From an uncultured Patescibacteria group bacterium (GTDB lineage Bacteria; Patescibacteriota; Patescibacteriia; Veblenbacterales; UBA10138): 64,000 bases of DNA. Location: positions 44-64,043 of the forward strand of contig CALFUV010000012.1 in NCBI GenBank assembly GCA_937929825.1. Reading direction: 5' to 3'. The notes under the pieces are model-generated. The model had not been told where the DNA came from. It made no database searches and saw only the letters and a program-made list of their open reading frames with translations. The position numbers and the translations under genes were made by a program. This document shows, piece after piece, positions 28,913 to 37,969 of this stretch; within the stretch, counting starts at the first letter, position 1, and each line of letters begins with the position of its first letter.

Positions 28913-29842
28913 TTAAGAAACTTTAAGCCACTTTTTGGCAATTAACCCGCTGACAGGTAAAAAAATTGTCCAAGGTACTACCGATAAAATAATAGGCAGG
29001 GTTATAGCCGGTTCCGGGAAAAAATTATCTACCAAATATATAGCCAGCAAAAAATTCATGTAAGTTAAACAGATTGAAATAGTAAATCTGTCTTTTGAGG
29101 AACGCCAAAAAATAGCCGTGTAACCAAGCCAGTGAAAAAAAGCAAATAATATAAACAAAGAAACTAAAACAGTTAAAGTATGGGGATCGCTGAAAGATTT
29201 AAGTATAGCCTCAGCCTGACGCGAACTAACAGCGGCAATTATCAAGCCTAATAAAGTTACAGACAAAAGTGGGCTTATTTTTGTTATATGCATACTGGCC
29301 CTAGGCCAAGTGTATTTTAAAATTTCCGCTAAAATAAAAGGAATAAAAATAACTTTGGTTAAAGATAAAAACATATCAATAAAAGAAACTTGCACCTGTG
29401 CACCAGCAAAAAACTTTATTAAAAACGGTACAGTTAAAGGTGCTAGTAGTGAAGTGGTAGCAGTAGCTAACAAAGCCAAACTTTGTCGCCCACCCATTAA
29501 TTCAGCTATCAAAGGAGCGGCCATAGCTGTAGGCATGGCGGCCAGTATAAAAAATGGTAAAGCCAGCTCCGAAACAAAAAATCGCAGTAAATAATAAACC
29601 ATTACCGGAATAACTATTAGCATCAAAAAATTCGTTTCAACCACCATACGCCAATCTCGCAAATAAAGAATTATTTCTTTTAAATTAATTTTCAGAGCTG
29701 TTAAAAAAAAGATAACTCCTAAAAAAATAGTTGTATAAGGCAAAAATAAACTAGCTAACTTTGGTGTTAGTAAACCAAAAAGCAAAGCAGCTAAAGCTAC
29801 CAATAAATAAGACTGCCCCAATCTTTTAACTGCCTGTGCCAT
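28913..29842 (-). CDS. Bile acid:sodium symporter (BASS/SBF) family transporter
   Basis: About 9-10 TMs; AAMPTAMAA...GG, TSLLAPLTVP. Confidence 0.8.
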   Translation of the reverse strand: MAQAVKRLGQSYLLVALAALLFGLLTPKLASLFLPYTTIFLGVIFFLTALKINLKEIILYLRDWRMVVETNFLMLIVIPVMVYYLLRFFVSELALPFFILAAMPTAMAAPLIAELMGGRQSLALLATATTSLLAPLTVPFLIKFFAGAQVQVSFIDMFLSLTKVIFIPFILAEILKYTWPRASMHITKISPLLSVTLLGLIIAAVSSRQAEAILKSFSDPHTLTVLVSLFILFAFFHWLGYTAIFWRSSKDRFTISICLTYMNFLLAIYLVDNFFPEPAITLPIILSVVPWTIFLPVSGLIAKKWLKVS

Positions 29843-30165
29843 TACTTAATTTCCTTTTTAAGCCAAGTAGCAAAAGCTGATTCAACTTCCAGATTAATCA
29901 TACCTATAAAAGGCAATTTATCGGTATGATATTTTTTTATTAGTGTACTAATTTGTCGACGGCGGGCCGGAATTGTTTCTAAAATCAATAACACACCCCC
30001 TCCTTTAATCAACCTACCGGCAAGTGGCGGCCAATAATACATTGTTTCTTGTCTCTTAAAAATACTAAAGCAAGCCGCTAGTCTGTTCCTCAAACAAAGT
30101 CTACCCAAACGCTTGGCTTCAGATAAAGTATTGCAATTGATCATTATCCAGCAAATTTTAACCAT
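29842..30165 (-). CDS. cutA: Divergent CutA family protein
   Basis: EAKRLGR..LRNRLAAC, YYW, H....P.I, C-terminal W. Confidence 0.72.
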   Translation of the reverse strand: MVKICWIMINCNTLSEAKRLGRLCLRNRLAACFSIFKRQETMYYWPPLAGRLIKGGGVLLILETIPARRRQISTLIKKYHTDKLPFIGMINLEVESAFATWLKKEIK

Positions 30166-30209
30166 AATTAACTTTGTTTACAAAATTACTCTCTAATCTC
30201 TAAATACTC

Positions 30210-30237
30210 ATTGTATTATTCTATAGAATAATACAAT
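30210..30237. promoter_or_regulatory. Perfect 28-bp palindrome, candidate ArsR operator upstream of cutA
   Basis: ATTGTATTATTCTA|TAGAATAATACAAT. Confidence 0.6.
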
Positions 30238-30240
30238 TAA

Positions 30241-30501
30241 CTAAATAAAAGGCAAAATACGCTCCATTAAACGCGGTGGCTTATCAGCCAAGCGATAAAA
30301 AACCATTAAGCCAATCTTTTCACTGCTCACTAAATCAGCTGTTTGCAAACGAGTCAAGTGATTAGAAACCGCTTTAAAAGAAATTTTCATTTCCGCAGCT
30401 ATTTGGCCAACATTGGCTTGTTTATTTCTTTTTAAAAACCGAACTATAGCTAATCGTCGACGATTAGCCAACGCTTTAAGAATGTGTTCAGTCTCACTCA
30501 T
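30241..30501 (-). CDS. ArsR/SmtB family regulator without cysteines
   Basis: LKALANRRRLAI, VGQIA, VSNHL..L, VFYRL; ATG start MSETEH. Confidence 0.88.
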   Translation of the reverse strand: MSETEHILKALANRRRLAIVRFLKRNKQANVGQIAAEMKISFKAVSNHLTRLQTADLVSSEKIGLMVFYRLADKPPRLMERILPFI

Positions 30502-30532
30502 ACCCAATTAATTATATCACACTCCACTTTCA

Positions 30533-30564
30533 TTATAGAAGTATTCTATAGAATACTTCTATAA
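30533..30564. promoter_or_regulatory. Perfect 32-bp palindrome, candidate ArsR autoregulatory operator
   Basis: TTATAGAAGTATTCTA|TAGAATACTTCTATAA; shares the TATTCTATAGAATA core with 30210-30237. Confidence 0.6.
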
Positions 30565-30587
30565 AGGTCTTATGAAAATACTAATTA

Positions 30588-31640
30588 TTATAACTTAATA
30601 ATTTTTTCCCAAGGCAAGTCAGGTTTACCAAAATGTCCATAAGCAGCTGTAGCCTGATAAATCGGTTGTCGCAAATTAAGCCTTTCAATAATTGCCAAGG
30701 GTCTAAAATCAAAATACTTTTTAACTAACTCTGTTAAACTATGATTAGCTTCATCGTATGCTTCAATCATCAATGGTGTGCCCAGACCAATAGCATAAGC
30801 TACGGAAACTAAACATTCTTGAGCAAACCCGGCAGCTACTAAATTTTTAGCCACAAACCGGCACATATAAGCGGCTGATCTGTCTACTTTGGTTGGATCT
30901 TTGCCGGAAAAACAACCACCACCATGAGGCACCAATCCCCCATATGTATCCACCATAATTTTACGGCCAGTAAGACCAGTATCAGCCTCAAAACCTCCCT
31001 GAATAAAAAGTCCGGTGGGGTTGACTAATATCTGAATATCAGCTAATTCACCAACTATTGGTTTAATCAATTCATCAGACAAAGTTTTTCTGATTATTTC
31101 CTGTGTAACAGAACGGTCATGTTGGGCGCTGATCAAGATCGTTAAAATATTGCCATTATCAACCGTAACCTGAGTCTTACCATCTGGTTTAAGCCAATCA
31201 ACTCTATGTTCACGGCGCAATTTTTCCAAACCGCTGGCTAAAGCATGTGCTAAGACTACTCCTTTGGGTAGAAACTCAGGTGTTTCCTTAGTGGCATAAC
31301 CATACATAATACCTTGATCGCTAGCGCCACCGGTATTTACTCCTATAGCAATATCAGGCGACTGCTGGGTGACTCGAGTAATAATTTCCAGTTTTTCCTG
31401 ATAACCAATTTGAGCATAAACTTGATTGACTATATTAGCAAAATCAACTTTAACTTGACCAGTAATCTCACCCCCCACCACTACCAAACCATGACTACCC
31501 AACACCTCAACCGCCACCCTTGAATAAGGATCTTGGCGCAAACACTCGTCAAGAATGGCATCAGATATTTGATCACAGACTTTGTCCGGATGTCCGGCCG
31601 TAACACTTTCTACTGTGTATCTTTGATGTTCAAAACACAT
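30588..31640 (-). CDS. metK: S-adenosylmethionine synthetase
   Basis: ESVTAGHPDK, GASDQG, DTGLTGRK, GGGCFSGKDPTKVDRS. Confidence 0.96.
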   Translation of the reverse strand: MCFEHQRYTVESVTAGHPDKVCDQISDAILDECLRQDPYSRVAVEVLGSHGLVVVGGEITGQVKVDFANIVNQVYAQIGYQEKLEIITRVTQQSPDIAIGVNTGGASDQGIMYGYATKETPEFLPKGVVLAHALASGLEKLRREHRVDWLKPDGKTQVTVDNGNILTILISAQHDRSVTQEIIRKTLSDELIKPIVGELADIQILVNPTGLFIQGGFEADTGLTGRKIMVDTYGGLVPHGGGCFSGKDPTKVDRSAAYMCRFVAKNLVAAGFAQECLVSVAYAIGLGTPLMIEAYDEANHSLTELVKKYFDFRPLAIIERLNLRQPIYQATAAYGHFGKPDLPWEKIIKL

Positions 31641-31643
31641 AAT

Positions 31644-31678
31644 AAAAATCTCCCGGCCGCCCCAACAACCAAGGAGAA
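31644..31678 (-). terminator. Riboswitch expression-platform terminator before metK
   Basis: Minus strand TCTCCTTGGTTGT-TGGG-GCGGCCGGGAGA-TTTTT. Confidence 0.65.
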
Positions 31679-31684
31679 GATAAA

Positions 31685-31806
31685 TTATCTTTCTCCGCGC
31701 TATCTCAAGGCGGAGCTAGAATTAGCACCTTGTCTCTCTCTATAATAGAAACAGGTTGCTGAGGCACTCAATAACGGGCTAGATCCCTGACGCCTACTCT
31801 GGATAA
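31685..31806 (-). ncRNA. SAM-I (S-box) riboswitch aptamer
   Basis: Minus strand TTATCCAGAG..AGGGATCTAGCCC..CAGCAACC..AAGGTGCTAATTC..GAAAGATAA; directly upstream of metK. Confidence 0.9.
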
Positions 31807-31858
31807 ATTTAATTTTTAATATTTATACTATAACTTAAATTTAAAATGTTGCCAAATC

Positions 31859-32599
31859 TTACTCTAAAAAAGTAAAAGCGGCCATCATACCAATACCTAA
31901 AATAAGAAAAATAAGTTGCATCATTGATTTACGCCAGTACAATTCTTGGTGTAGTTTGGGTATAAGATCAACTGTAGCTATATAAATAAATCCACCGGCC
32001 GTAAAAGCCAGCAAGATTGGTAAAACGCTTTCAGTTATCTGCCCAAACCACAAAGCTATAAACACGCCCACAAAAGCAACTAAAGCCGAGATAAAATTTA
32101 AAAGCAATGCTTTTACTTGGCTAAAACCACTATATATAAGAATAGAAAAATCTCCTATCTCCTGAGGTATTTCATGCAAAGCAACAGCTAGGGTGGTAAC
32201 CAAACCTAAATTAAAATCCACTAAATATGCGGCACCAATAATCATGCCGTCAATCAAATTATGAAAGCCATCACCTATCAAGTTAAGCATACCAACCGGA
32301 TGTCTATCTTCTTCGCCTATATGATGATAATGATGCCAGTGTAAAATATTCTCCAGCAAATAAAATAAAACGATAGCTCCCAATAAGGAAAGACTAATAT
32401 TAAAACCAAAACCAGCTTCTAATACCAGTTCCGGTAAAATATGAAAAAAGGCCCCACCTAATAAAGTACCGGCAGCAAAACTTATAAGTATAAACATCAC
32501 CTGGCGCAGGGTGTGCATAGAAAGTAAAACACCCAACAAACCAATAAAAGACAACAAGCTCACTATAAACACACTAGTTAGGGCTGGTACCCATGGCAT
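31859..32599 (-). CDS. ZIP family metal (zinc) transporter
   Basis: HWHHYHH loop, GDGFHNLIDG, HEIPQEIGD. Confidence 0.92.
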   Translation of the reverse strand: MPWVPALTSVFIVSLLSFIGLLGVLLSMHTLRQVMFILISFAAGTLLGGAFFHILPELVLEAGFGFNISLSLLGAIVLFYLLENILHWHHYHHIGEEDRHPVGMLNLIGDGFHNLIDGMIIGAAYLVDFNLGLVTTLAVALHEIPQEIGDFSILIYSGFSQVKALLLNFISALVAFVGVFIALWFGQITESVLPILLAFTAGGFIYIATVDLIPKLHQELYWRKSMMQLIFLILGIGMMAAFTFLE

Positions 32600-32620
32600 A
32601 AATATCCAAAATTAATAATA

Positions 32621-32637
32621 ATGCAAATAATTTGCAT
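32621..32637. promoter_or_regulatory. Fur-family (Zur-like) box upstream of the ZIP transporter
   Basis: Perfect 8-1-8 inverted repeat ATGCAAAT-A-ATTTGCAT, 21 bp before the ATG. Confidence 0.6.
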
Positions 32638-32901
32638 GAGCTTTAAGAATAAATAAAGGAGTGTTATTTGTCAAACCAATTTAATAAATTTGTAAATACT
32701 CAATAAATATTCAAAATAAAAAGCAAAGAAAATATTTACTATTACTATTATATATCACAATTCTTACTTAAATTGGCAAAACATCACAGCCATGACAACC
32801 AAGAAACTAAATTTTTCCCTATTTCCTGACAAATTTGCTTAAAGAGATTGCTACAATACCAAATAACCCAACCTTAGAATAGCTGTACTTTAACGGTAAA
32901 A

Positions 32902-34029
32902 TTATATTCCTTTGTTTGCGTACTGCTGTCGTAATTGTGTAAAAGTATCATTAATAATAGCTTGACGAATATTTTTCATTAAATCAAGATAAAACTTCAA
33001 ATTATGTAAACTAAACAAACGAATAGCTAAAGGCTCCTGATTAACATATAAGTGGCGTAAATAAGCTTTGGTAAAATTCTGGCACATATAACAATCACAA
33101 TTTTCATCTATTCGGGAAAAATCTTGTTTATATTTTTCCAAACGAATATCAATTGGTGCCCCGTTTTGAACGTATAAACGCCCGTGTCTAGCTTCTCGTG
33201 TGGGAATAACACAATCAAAAGTATCACAGCCGCGGGCTACTGCTTCTATAATATCTTTAGGTGTACCCACACCCAATAAATGTCTAGGTGAATTTTCTGG
33301 TAAATGTGGTATAGCCATATCAACCGCTTTGAGTATTTCAGCTTGTAATTCACCTACAGCCACACCACCAATGGCAAATCCCTCAAAACCAAGACTAATC
33401 ATATCTTTGGACGACTGTTCGCGTAAATCAGTAAAATCAGCTCCTTGAACTATACCCCATAATTTTTGTTCAGGATTAACACTATTGGCAATTATTTTTT
33501 TATGTTCACTAACAGCTCGTTCGGCCCAGCGGCGTGTTAATTCCACAGAAATTTTACTTTTCTCATATTCAAAAGGGTATCCTGGGAAACTATCCAATAT
33601 TAAAGCAATATCACTGCCTAAATTAGCTTGAATAGTAATCGATTTTTCTGGACTTAACATTTCCTTGCGACCATCCATATCGAATTGAAAAATCACGCCT
33701 TCTTCTGTGACTTTGCTTATTTTAGCTAAAGAAAAAACCTGAAAACCGCCGCTATCTGTAAAAAGCGGGCCATTCCAGCCCATAAATTTATGCAAACCGC
33801 CAACGCGGGTAATAATTTCGTCGCCCGGACGCTGCCATAAATGATAAGTATTAGCTAAAATAATTTCCGCACCATTATTTTTTAAGTCTTCTGGTGTAAG
33901 GCTCCTAACCGCACCCTTGGTGCCAATAGGCAAAAATGCCGGCGTATTCACCACGCCATGAGTAGTATTTATTTTCCCTACCCGCGCTTGCGAACTGAAA
34001 TCTTTTTTAATTATTTCAAAATATTTCAT
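32902..34029 (-). CDS. tgt: tRNA-guanine transglycosylase
   Basis: ANTYHL, TDSGGFQ, GIVQG, FDCVIPTR, CDCYMC...H zinc site. Confidence 0.95.
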   Translation of the reverse strand: MKYFEIIKKDFSSQARVGKINTTHGVVNTPAFLPIGTKGAVRSLTPEDLKNNGAEIILANTYHLWQRPGDEIITRVGGLHKFMGWNGPLFTDSGGFQVFSLAKISKVTEEGVIFQFDMDGRKEMLSPEKSITIQANLGSDIALILDSFPGYPFEYEKSKISVELTRRWAERAVSEHKKIIANSVNPEQKLWGIVQGADFTDLREQSSKDMISLGFEGFAIGGVAVGELQAEILKAVDMAIPHLPENSPRHLLGVGTPKDIIEAVARGCDTFDCVIPTREARHGRLYVQNGAPIDIRLEKYKQDFSRIDENCDCYMCQNFTKAYLRHLYVNQEPLAIRLFSLHNLKFYLDLMKNIRQAIINDTFTQLRQQYANKGI

Positions 34030-34928
34030 TAAAAGTCCTCTTTGTCAGCATTACCATGATCAGCTTCAGTATGTTCATACACTGTAACACTCAAACTCTT
34101 AGCTTTTTCTCTATCCTCAGCACTTAAGAATATCAATTTACCACCGTCATCTAACAACTCTTTAAAATCTTCTTTTATATTATCAATATATTCTTTATGG
34201 GTAATCCAAGCTTCTTTGTTGCTAAACGCCTGTTCTGGCCAATCAACATTATAATGCAACATAGCCTCATACGCCTTCTTTAGCTCTTCTTTGGTTATTG
34301 ATGCCTGACCAAAACTATCCACCATTAAGTGTTCTGGCACTTTACCGGCATTCTCAGTTAATTCACCAGTATCCTCTTCATAATCAAGGCCTGGCTGAAT
34401 ATATTTTAATTCTGAATATTCCTTTTTATCTCCTATTTGTGAATACAATCTTCGCCAACCAACGCTATTCCAAAACTTCTCGGAGGTATAAGCACATTCA
34501 CCAATGGCAAATTTCAATTTTTTACCCTGCGACTCAGCGTCCTTGGCCGCATCTAACAAAGCTGAAATATAAGCCTCTCTAGCTATACCCTTTTGGCGAA
34601 ATTTTGGATCAGTTACTGCATAACCTACAAAATATGTCATTTCGCCAGTAAGTTGACCCTCCTCATCCAACAGATCCAATACTGAGCCAGCGCGGACGGT
34701 AACTAATTCTCCTTTTTCATTTCGGATAGTGATTATCCTATATTTAGAATCTGGCGTATCCCAAGGAGTAATTCCGTCCACAGCAGACCTTAAAATTTCC
34801 TCTGGATCTACCTCTTCTTTACCAGTAGACTGCTTTTCTTGAATACAGGCATCGCAGGTTCCAGATATATTTCCATGAGGATATGTTTCAATTAATTCAG
34901 TGCTGAGTGGTATTTTTTCAAATGACAT
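34029..34928 (-). CDS. Acidic GNAT-fold protein
   Basis: YAVTDPKFRQKGIARE motif A and EKFWNSVGW; TAATG overlap with tgt. Confidence 0.7.
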   Translation of the reverse strand: MSFEKIPLSTELIETYPHGNISGTCDACIQEKQSTGKEEVDPEEILRSAVDGITPWDTPDSKYRIITIRNEKGELVTVRAGSVLDLLDEEGQLTGEMTYFVGYAVTDPKFRQKGIAREAYISALLDAAKDAESQGKKLKFAIGECAYTSEKFWNSVGWRRLYSQIGDKKEYSELKYIQPGLDYEEDTGELTENAGKVPEHLMVDSFGQASITKEELKKAYEAMLHYNVDWPEQAFSNKEAWITHKEYIDNIKEDFKELLDDGGKLIFLSAEDREKAKSLSVTVYEHTEADHGNADKEDF

Positions 34929-34946
34929 ATAATTATATATTATCTT

Positions 34947-35675
34947 TTAAATTTTTAGTGAACAATAATAAGTGTGTATCATCATCTTTGGAAAAACCTT
35001 AGGAATACCATTATCTGCCTGTATAAAACCTTGTTTACTTAACTCTATTTCTTCTGTATCACTATTAATTATAACAATATCTCGTTCTTCTTCTTTTGAT
35101 TTTCTACAAACTGTATCTATGAATTTATTTTTATATATTGTCTCGTTATTTTTAGCTCCATACCAAAAGACATTAGTACTATTTTCATAAATGGAATCAG
35201 TATATATAGCAAAGCTCTCTGGTTTGTCTGCTTCATCTCGCAATAATACAGAATTGGCCGTTAAAATGCCTAACTTGTCTTTATTATCTAAATATAAATC
35301 CAAACAAACGGAGAATTCCTCAAACTTATCTGGGGTATAAATAAATTTTGCAAGCTCCAGTAATTCTTCTTTGTCCTTCTTATTTATTTCTTCGCTTAAC
35401 AAATTAATTTTTTGTTCCTTATCATAATTGACATCTGATAAATCTCGATAATAAGCATAAAGATCACGGCCCGGACCATAATGATCTTTCACGTGGCAAC
35501 CTTCTTTATAACCTGATTTTTTATATAAAGCTCTAGCTATCATTGAATTTTTGCAACCATCTATCTCTATCTCCATATGGCTGACGCCTCTGCTCCTAGC
35601 GAAATTTTCTGTCCAATCAAGTAAATACTTACCAAGCCCCTCATTGGTATCTTTTTGCTAACCAAATACTAACAT
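34947..35675 (-). pseudogene. N-terminally truncated / nonsense-interrupted tandem GNAT-like gene
   Basis: The frame upstream of the annotated ATG (35576) reads MLVFG*QKDTNEGLGKYLLDWTENFARSRGVSH, i.e. GNAT motif A, with TAG at 35660-35658. Confidence 0.6.
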
Positions 35676-35696
35676 AAATTAACTACCTGTAAAGTA

Positions 35697-36200
35697 CTAT
35701 ATCTTCCTACTGTCATATGCCCAGTGTAGTAGGGCCTGACGCTGACGCCGACGACAATTTAAATCACGCGGGTAACAATTCTTTTTAATCTGCATAATAT
35801 GCCGCTTCATAGCCAACCAACGTTTAATCTGCCGCTCATCATCTTCCGTACGCCTGCCCATATAATAACGACAATACCATTGAAACCAACCACGCGGATC
35901 TTGTGGATGAATCCAATCATTCTTACGCCACACTGATAAAGGCTGAGAAGCGCTAACGCCAAAATAATTTAATTTAGGATTAGCTTTATGCGGTGAAAGT
36001 TTGGCACGTTTAAACCAATCAGCTGGAAATTCTCTTTTACAATCTGTCATATATTTACCTCCAAACACGCCTAAAGCCAACATTTGTTTAGGAGTAAGTT
36101 CTGGTTTAAAACGTTTGTCAAATTTTTTACCCATCGGCGCTTCTAAATAATACCGATATTTTTTCTGCATTTTGTCATTAACTACTACCAATTTTTTCAT
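35697..36200 (-). CDS. Conserved hypothetical Trp/Arg-rich protein
   Basis: GVFGGKY, DPRGWFQWYCRYYMGRR, RQIKRW, RQALLHWAYD; clean ORF. Confidence 0.8.
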   Translation of the reverse strand: MKKLVVVNDKMQKKYRYYLEAPMGKKFDKRFKPELTPKQMLALGVFGGKYMTDCKREFPADWFKRAKLSPHKANPKLNYFGVSASQPLSVWRKNDWIHPQDPRGWFQWYCRYYMGRRTEDDERQIKRWLAMKRHIMQIKKNCYPRDLNCRRRQRQALLHWAYDSRKI

Positions 36201-36203
36201 ATT

Positions 36204-36599
36204 TTAGCGATTTAAATAAGTAATAGTAATTTGTAAAACAACAGCAAAACAAACCCACAATAAATAAGGTATATTAATCCAAAAAACCCATTTTAAATAA
36301 GGATAAATAACCACTAGAGCCCAAACTAGAGTTGCTAAAACAAAAATAATATCAACGGCGGCTAATAAATTATTTTTTAAACCAAACTGCAGTGGGGTAA
36401 AAGAAAAATTAAAAATCAAATTCAAAATAAAAGGCCAAGCTACTGCCGACGGTAACTTCTTGGCAACAACTTGATAAAATACTGAGCAAAAAGAGATGGC
36501 AATCACTATATACAACCCCGTCCATACCGGACCAAATAACCAACTGGGAGGAGCCCATGATGGTTTAGTTAAGGCTTGATACCAATTATAACTTTCCAT
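36204..36599 (-). CDS. tspO: TspO/MBR tryptophan-rich sensory protein
   Basis: WYQALTKPSWAPPSWLFGPVW, PYLLWV.FA. Confidence 0.92.
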   Translation of the reverse strand: MESYNWYQALTKPSWAPPSWLFGPVWTGLYIVIAISFCSVFYQVVAKKLPSAVAWPFILNLIFNFSFTPLQFGLKNNLLAAVDIIFVLATLVWALVVIYPYLKWVFWINIPYLLWVCFAVVLQITITYLNR

Positions 36600-36614
36600 T
36601 TATTATTTTGTGTA

Positions 36615-37064
36615 TTAAAAAGTTATTTTTCCCCATCTATATTGACGCCATTTAAATAAAACTTTCATACCCAGCCAGATAACCGGTGTTAATAAACCGG
36701 CGGTTAGATTAAGCTCTTCTTTATAATTTGTAACTATTTCAGAAACTTTGGTTAATTCCACTTTATGATTCCACCATTTAACTGCCCATCCCGGCCCTGA
36801 ATCATACAAAGCAAATATATTCTGTGCCGGGTCTTGTTGGGTGGTAATTTTAAGCTCTTGCCAGCCCATTGGCAAAAATCCCAGCAAATACATATTAATT
36901 TTATAAATCTTCCCTTCTTCCCACTTTGCCGGCCAAATAACCGGCTTAACCGGTTTAAAAACAACCAAAGGCCAAGCCACCCGCTGCATTATAGCCGGGT
37001 TTTTTAAAGCTTCAAAAACTTTTTCTATTGGTACATTAAAATTAATTGAGGTGGTAAATTTCAT
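36615..37064 (-). CDS. SRPBCC (START-like) domain protein
   Basis: PIEKVFE, WNHKV, YKEEL...AGLLTPVIW...FKWRQYRW. Confidence 0.7.
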   Translation of the reverse strand: MKFTTSINFNVPIEKVFEALKNPAIMQRVAWPLVVFKPVKPVIWPAKWEEGKIYKINMYLLGFLPMGWQELKITTQQDPAQNIFALYDSGPGWAVKWWNHKVELTKVSEIVTNYKEELNLTAGLLTPVIWLGMKVLFKWRQYRWGKITF

Positions 37065-37114
37065 AATTAATAATTAATAGATTTAATTAACTTTAACAAC
37101 ACAATTCCTCCTTA

Positions 37115-37489
37115 CCTTAACAAATTTTTACTGATTTTCCAAGTTCATATAAACCTCCAATATTTCTAATATTAATAAAACATTTTGTTAATAAAAATAA
37201 CTCTAGCTTTTTCAGCACTCCAACCAGTACAACAATAAAGAAGTAGTTCAGCATCTTTAGAAAAATAAGAATCAGGTGGTATTTCTTGTTCTTGGTCTTT
37301 AATGGTGCAAAAAGATGCTATGTCTACCATTAACCATCGGCACCGCTTTGAATGTGCTCAAATCTTTTACGTATTACCTAACCAATTCAACTATTTTCCT
37401 AATATTAAATTCTCTGAATTATCCTTTAATTACTACATTTCCTGTTCAGCGTCTGATCCGTTATTAGAAATTTGTTCAAATTTATTCAT
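37115..37489 (-). pseudogene. Degraded rhodanese-like gene
   Basis: Fragments KDAELLLYCCTGWSAEKARVI and, in a shifted frame, FINIRNIGGLYE; multiple stops. Confidence 0.5.
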
Positions 37490-37497
37490 AATATTAT

Positions 37498-37830
37498 TAA
37501 TAATTATCTCTTAACTCTTCATCTGGAAACCCAAAATACCATATTACCAAATCTATAATGTGATAACCCATATCTATCAGGTAGCCACCACCAGCTAATT
37601 TCTTTTGTCCTCTCCATCCACCATCAGAATCAGGGGTATAAAAAGTATATCTGTCTTCAAAAAAGATACTCTGCCTATTTTATTAAGGAGTTGTAATACT
37701 GTATTAAAAATAGGATTAAAACGTCTCTGCACTGTTGTTAAAATGTGTACACCATTTTCGTCAGCCATTCTGACAATTTTCTTAGACGACTCTAAATTAA
37801 TAGTAATATTTTTTAATGCCTTGGCGTAAT
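37498..37830 (-). pseudogene. Internal fragment of a Gfo/Idh/MocA oxidoreductase
   Basis: ADENGVHILTTVQRRFNP, then a frameshift at the T6 run (37659-37664), then GWRGQKKLAGGGYLIDMGYHIIDLVIWYFGFP. Confidence 0.75.
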
Positions 37831-37897
37831 CCTGCTAAAAATTAACTAAATGGTCAATATAAATTGGCACAGGCAACGGACGATGTTAGAACCAAAA

Positions 37898-37969
37898 CTC
37901 TGGGGGGAGGATTCGAACCTCCAACATCTGCATTAACAGTGCAGCGTTCTACCATTGAACTACCCCAGA
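37898..37969 (-). tRNA. tRNA-Asn(GTT), CCA not encoded
   Basis: CTGCA-CTGTTAA-TGCAG anticodon arm; TCTGGGG/CCCCAGA acceptor; G discriminator. Confidence 0.94.

Noticed and set aside
31533-31745. 70-aa ORF on the plus strand
   Set aside because: Antisense to the metK start and the SAM riboswitch
35658-35660. In-frame TAG as evidence of stop-codon reassignment
   Set aside because: TAG and TGA end bona fide genes in this window (rpmG and rpsJ use TAG; aspS and map use TGA), so a nonsense lesion is the simpler explanation
37302-37829. Two plus-strand ORFs (37302-37514, 37605-37829)
   Set aside because: Shadows of the minus-strand rhodanese and Gfo/Idh/MocA pseudogene fragments
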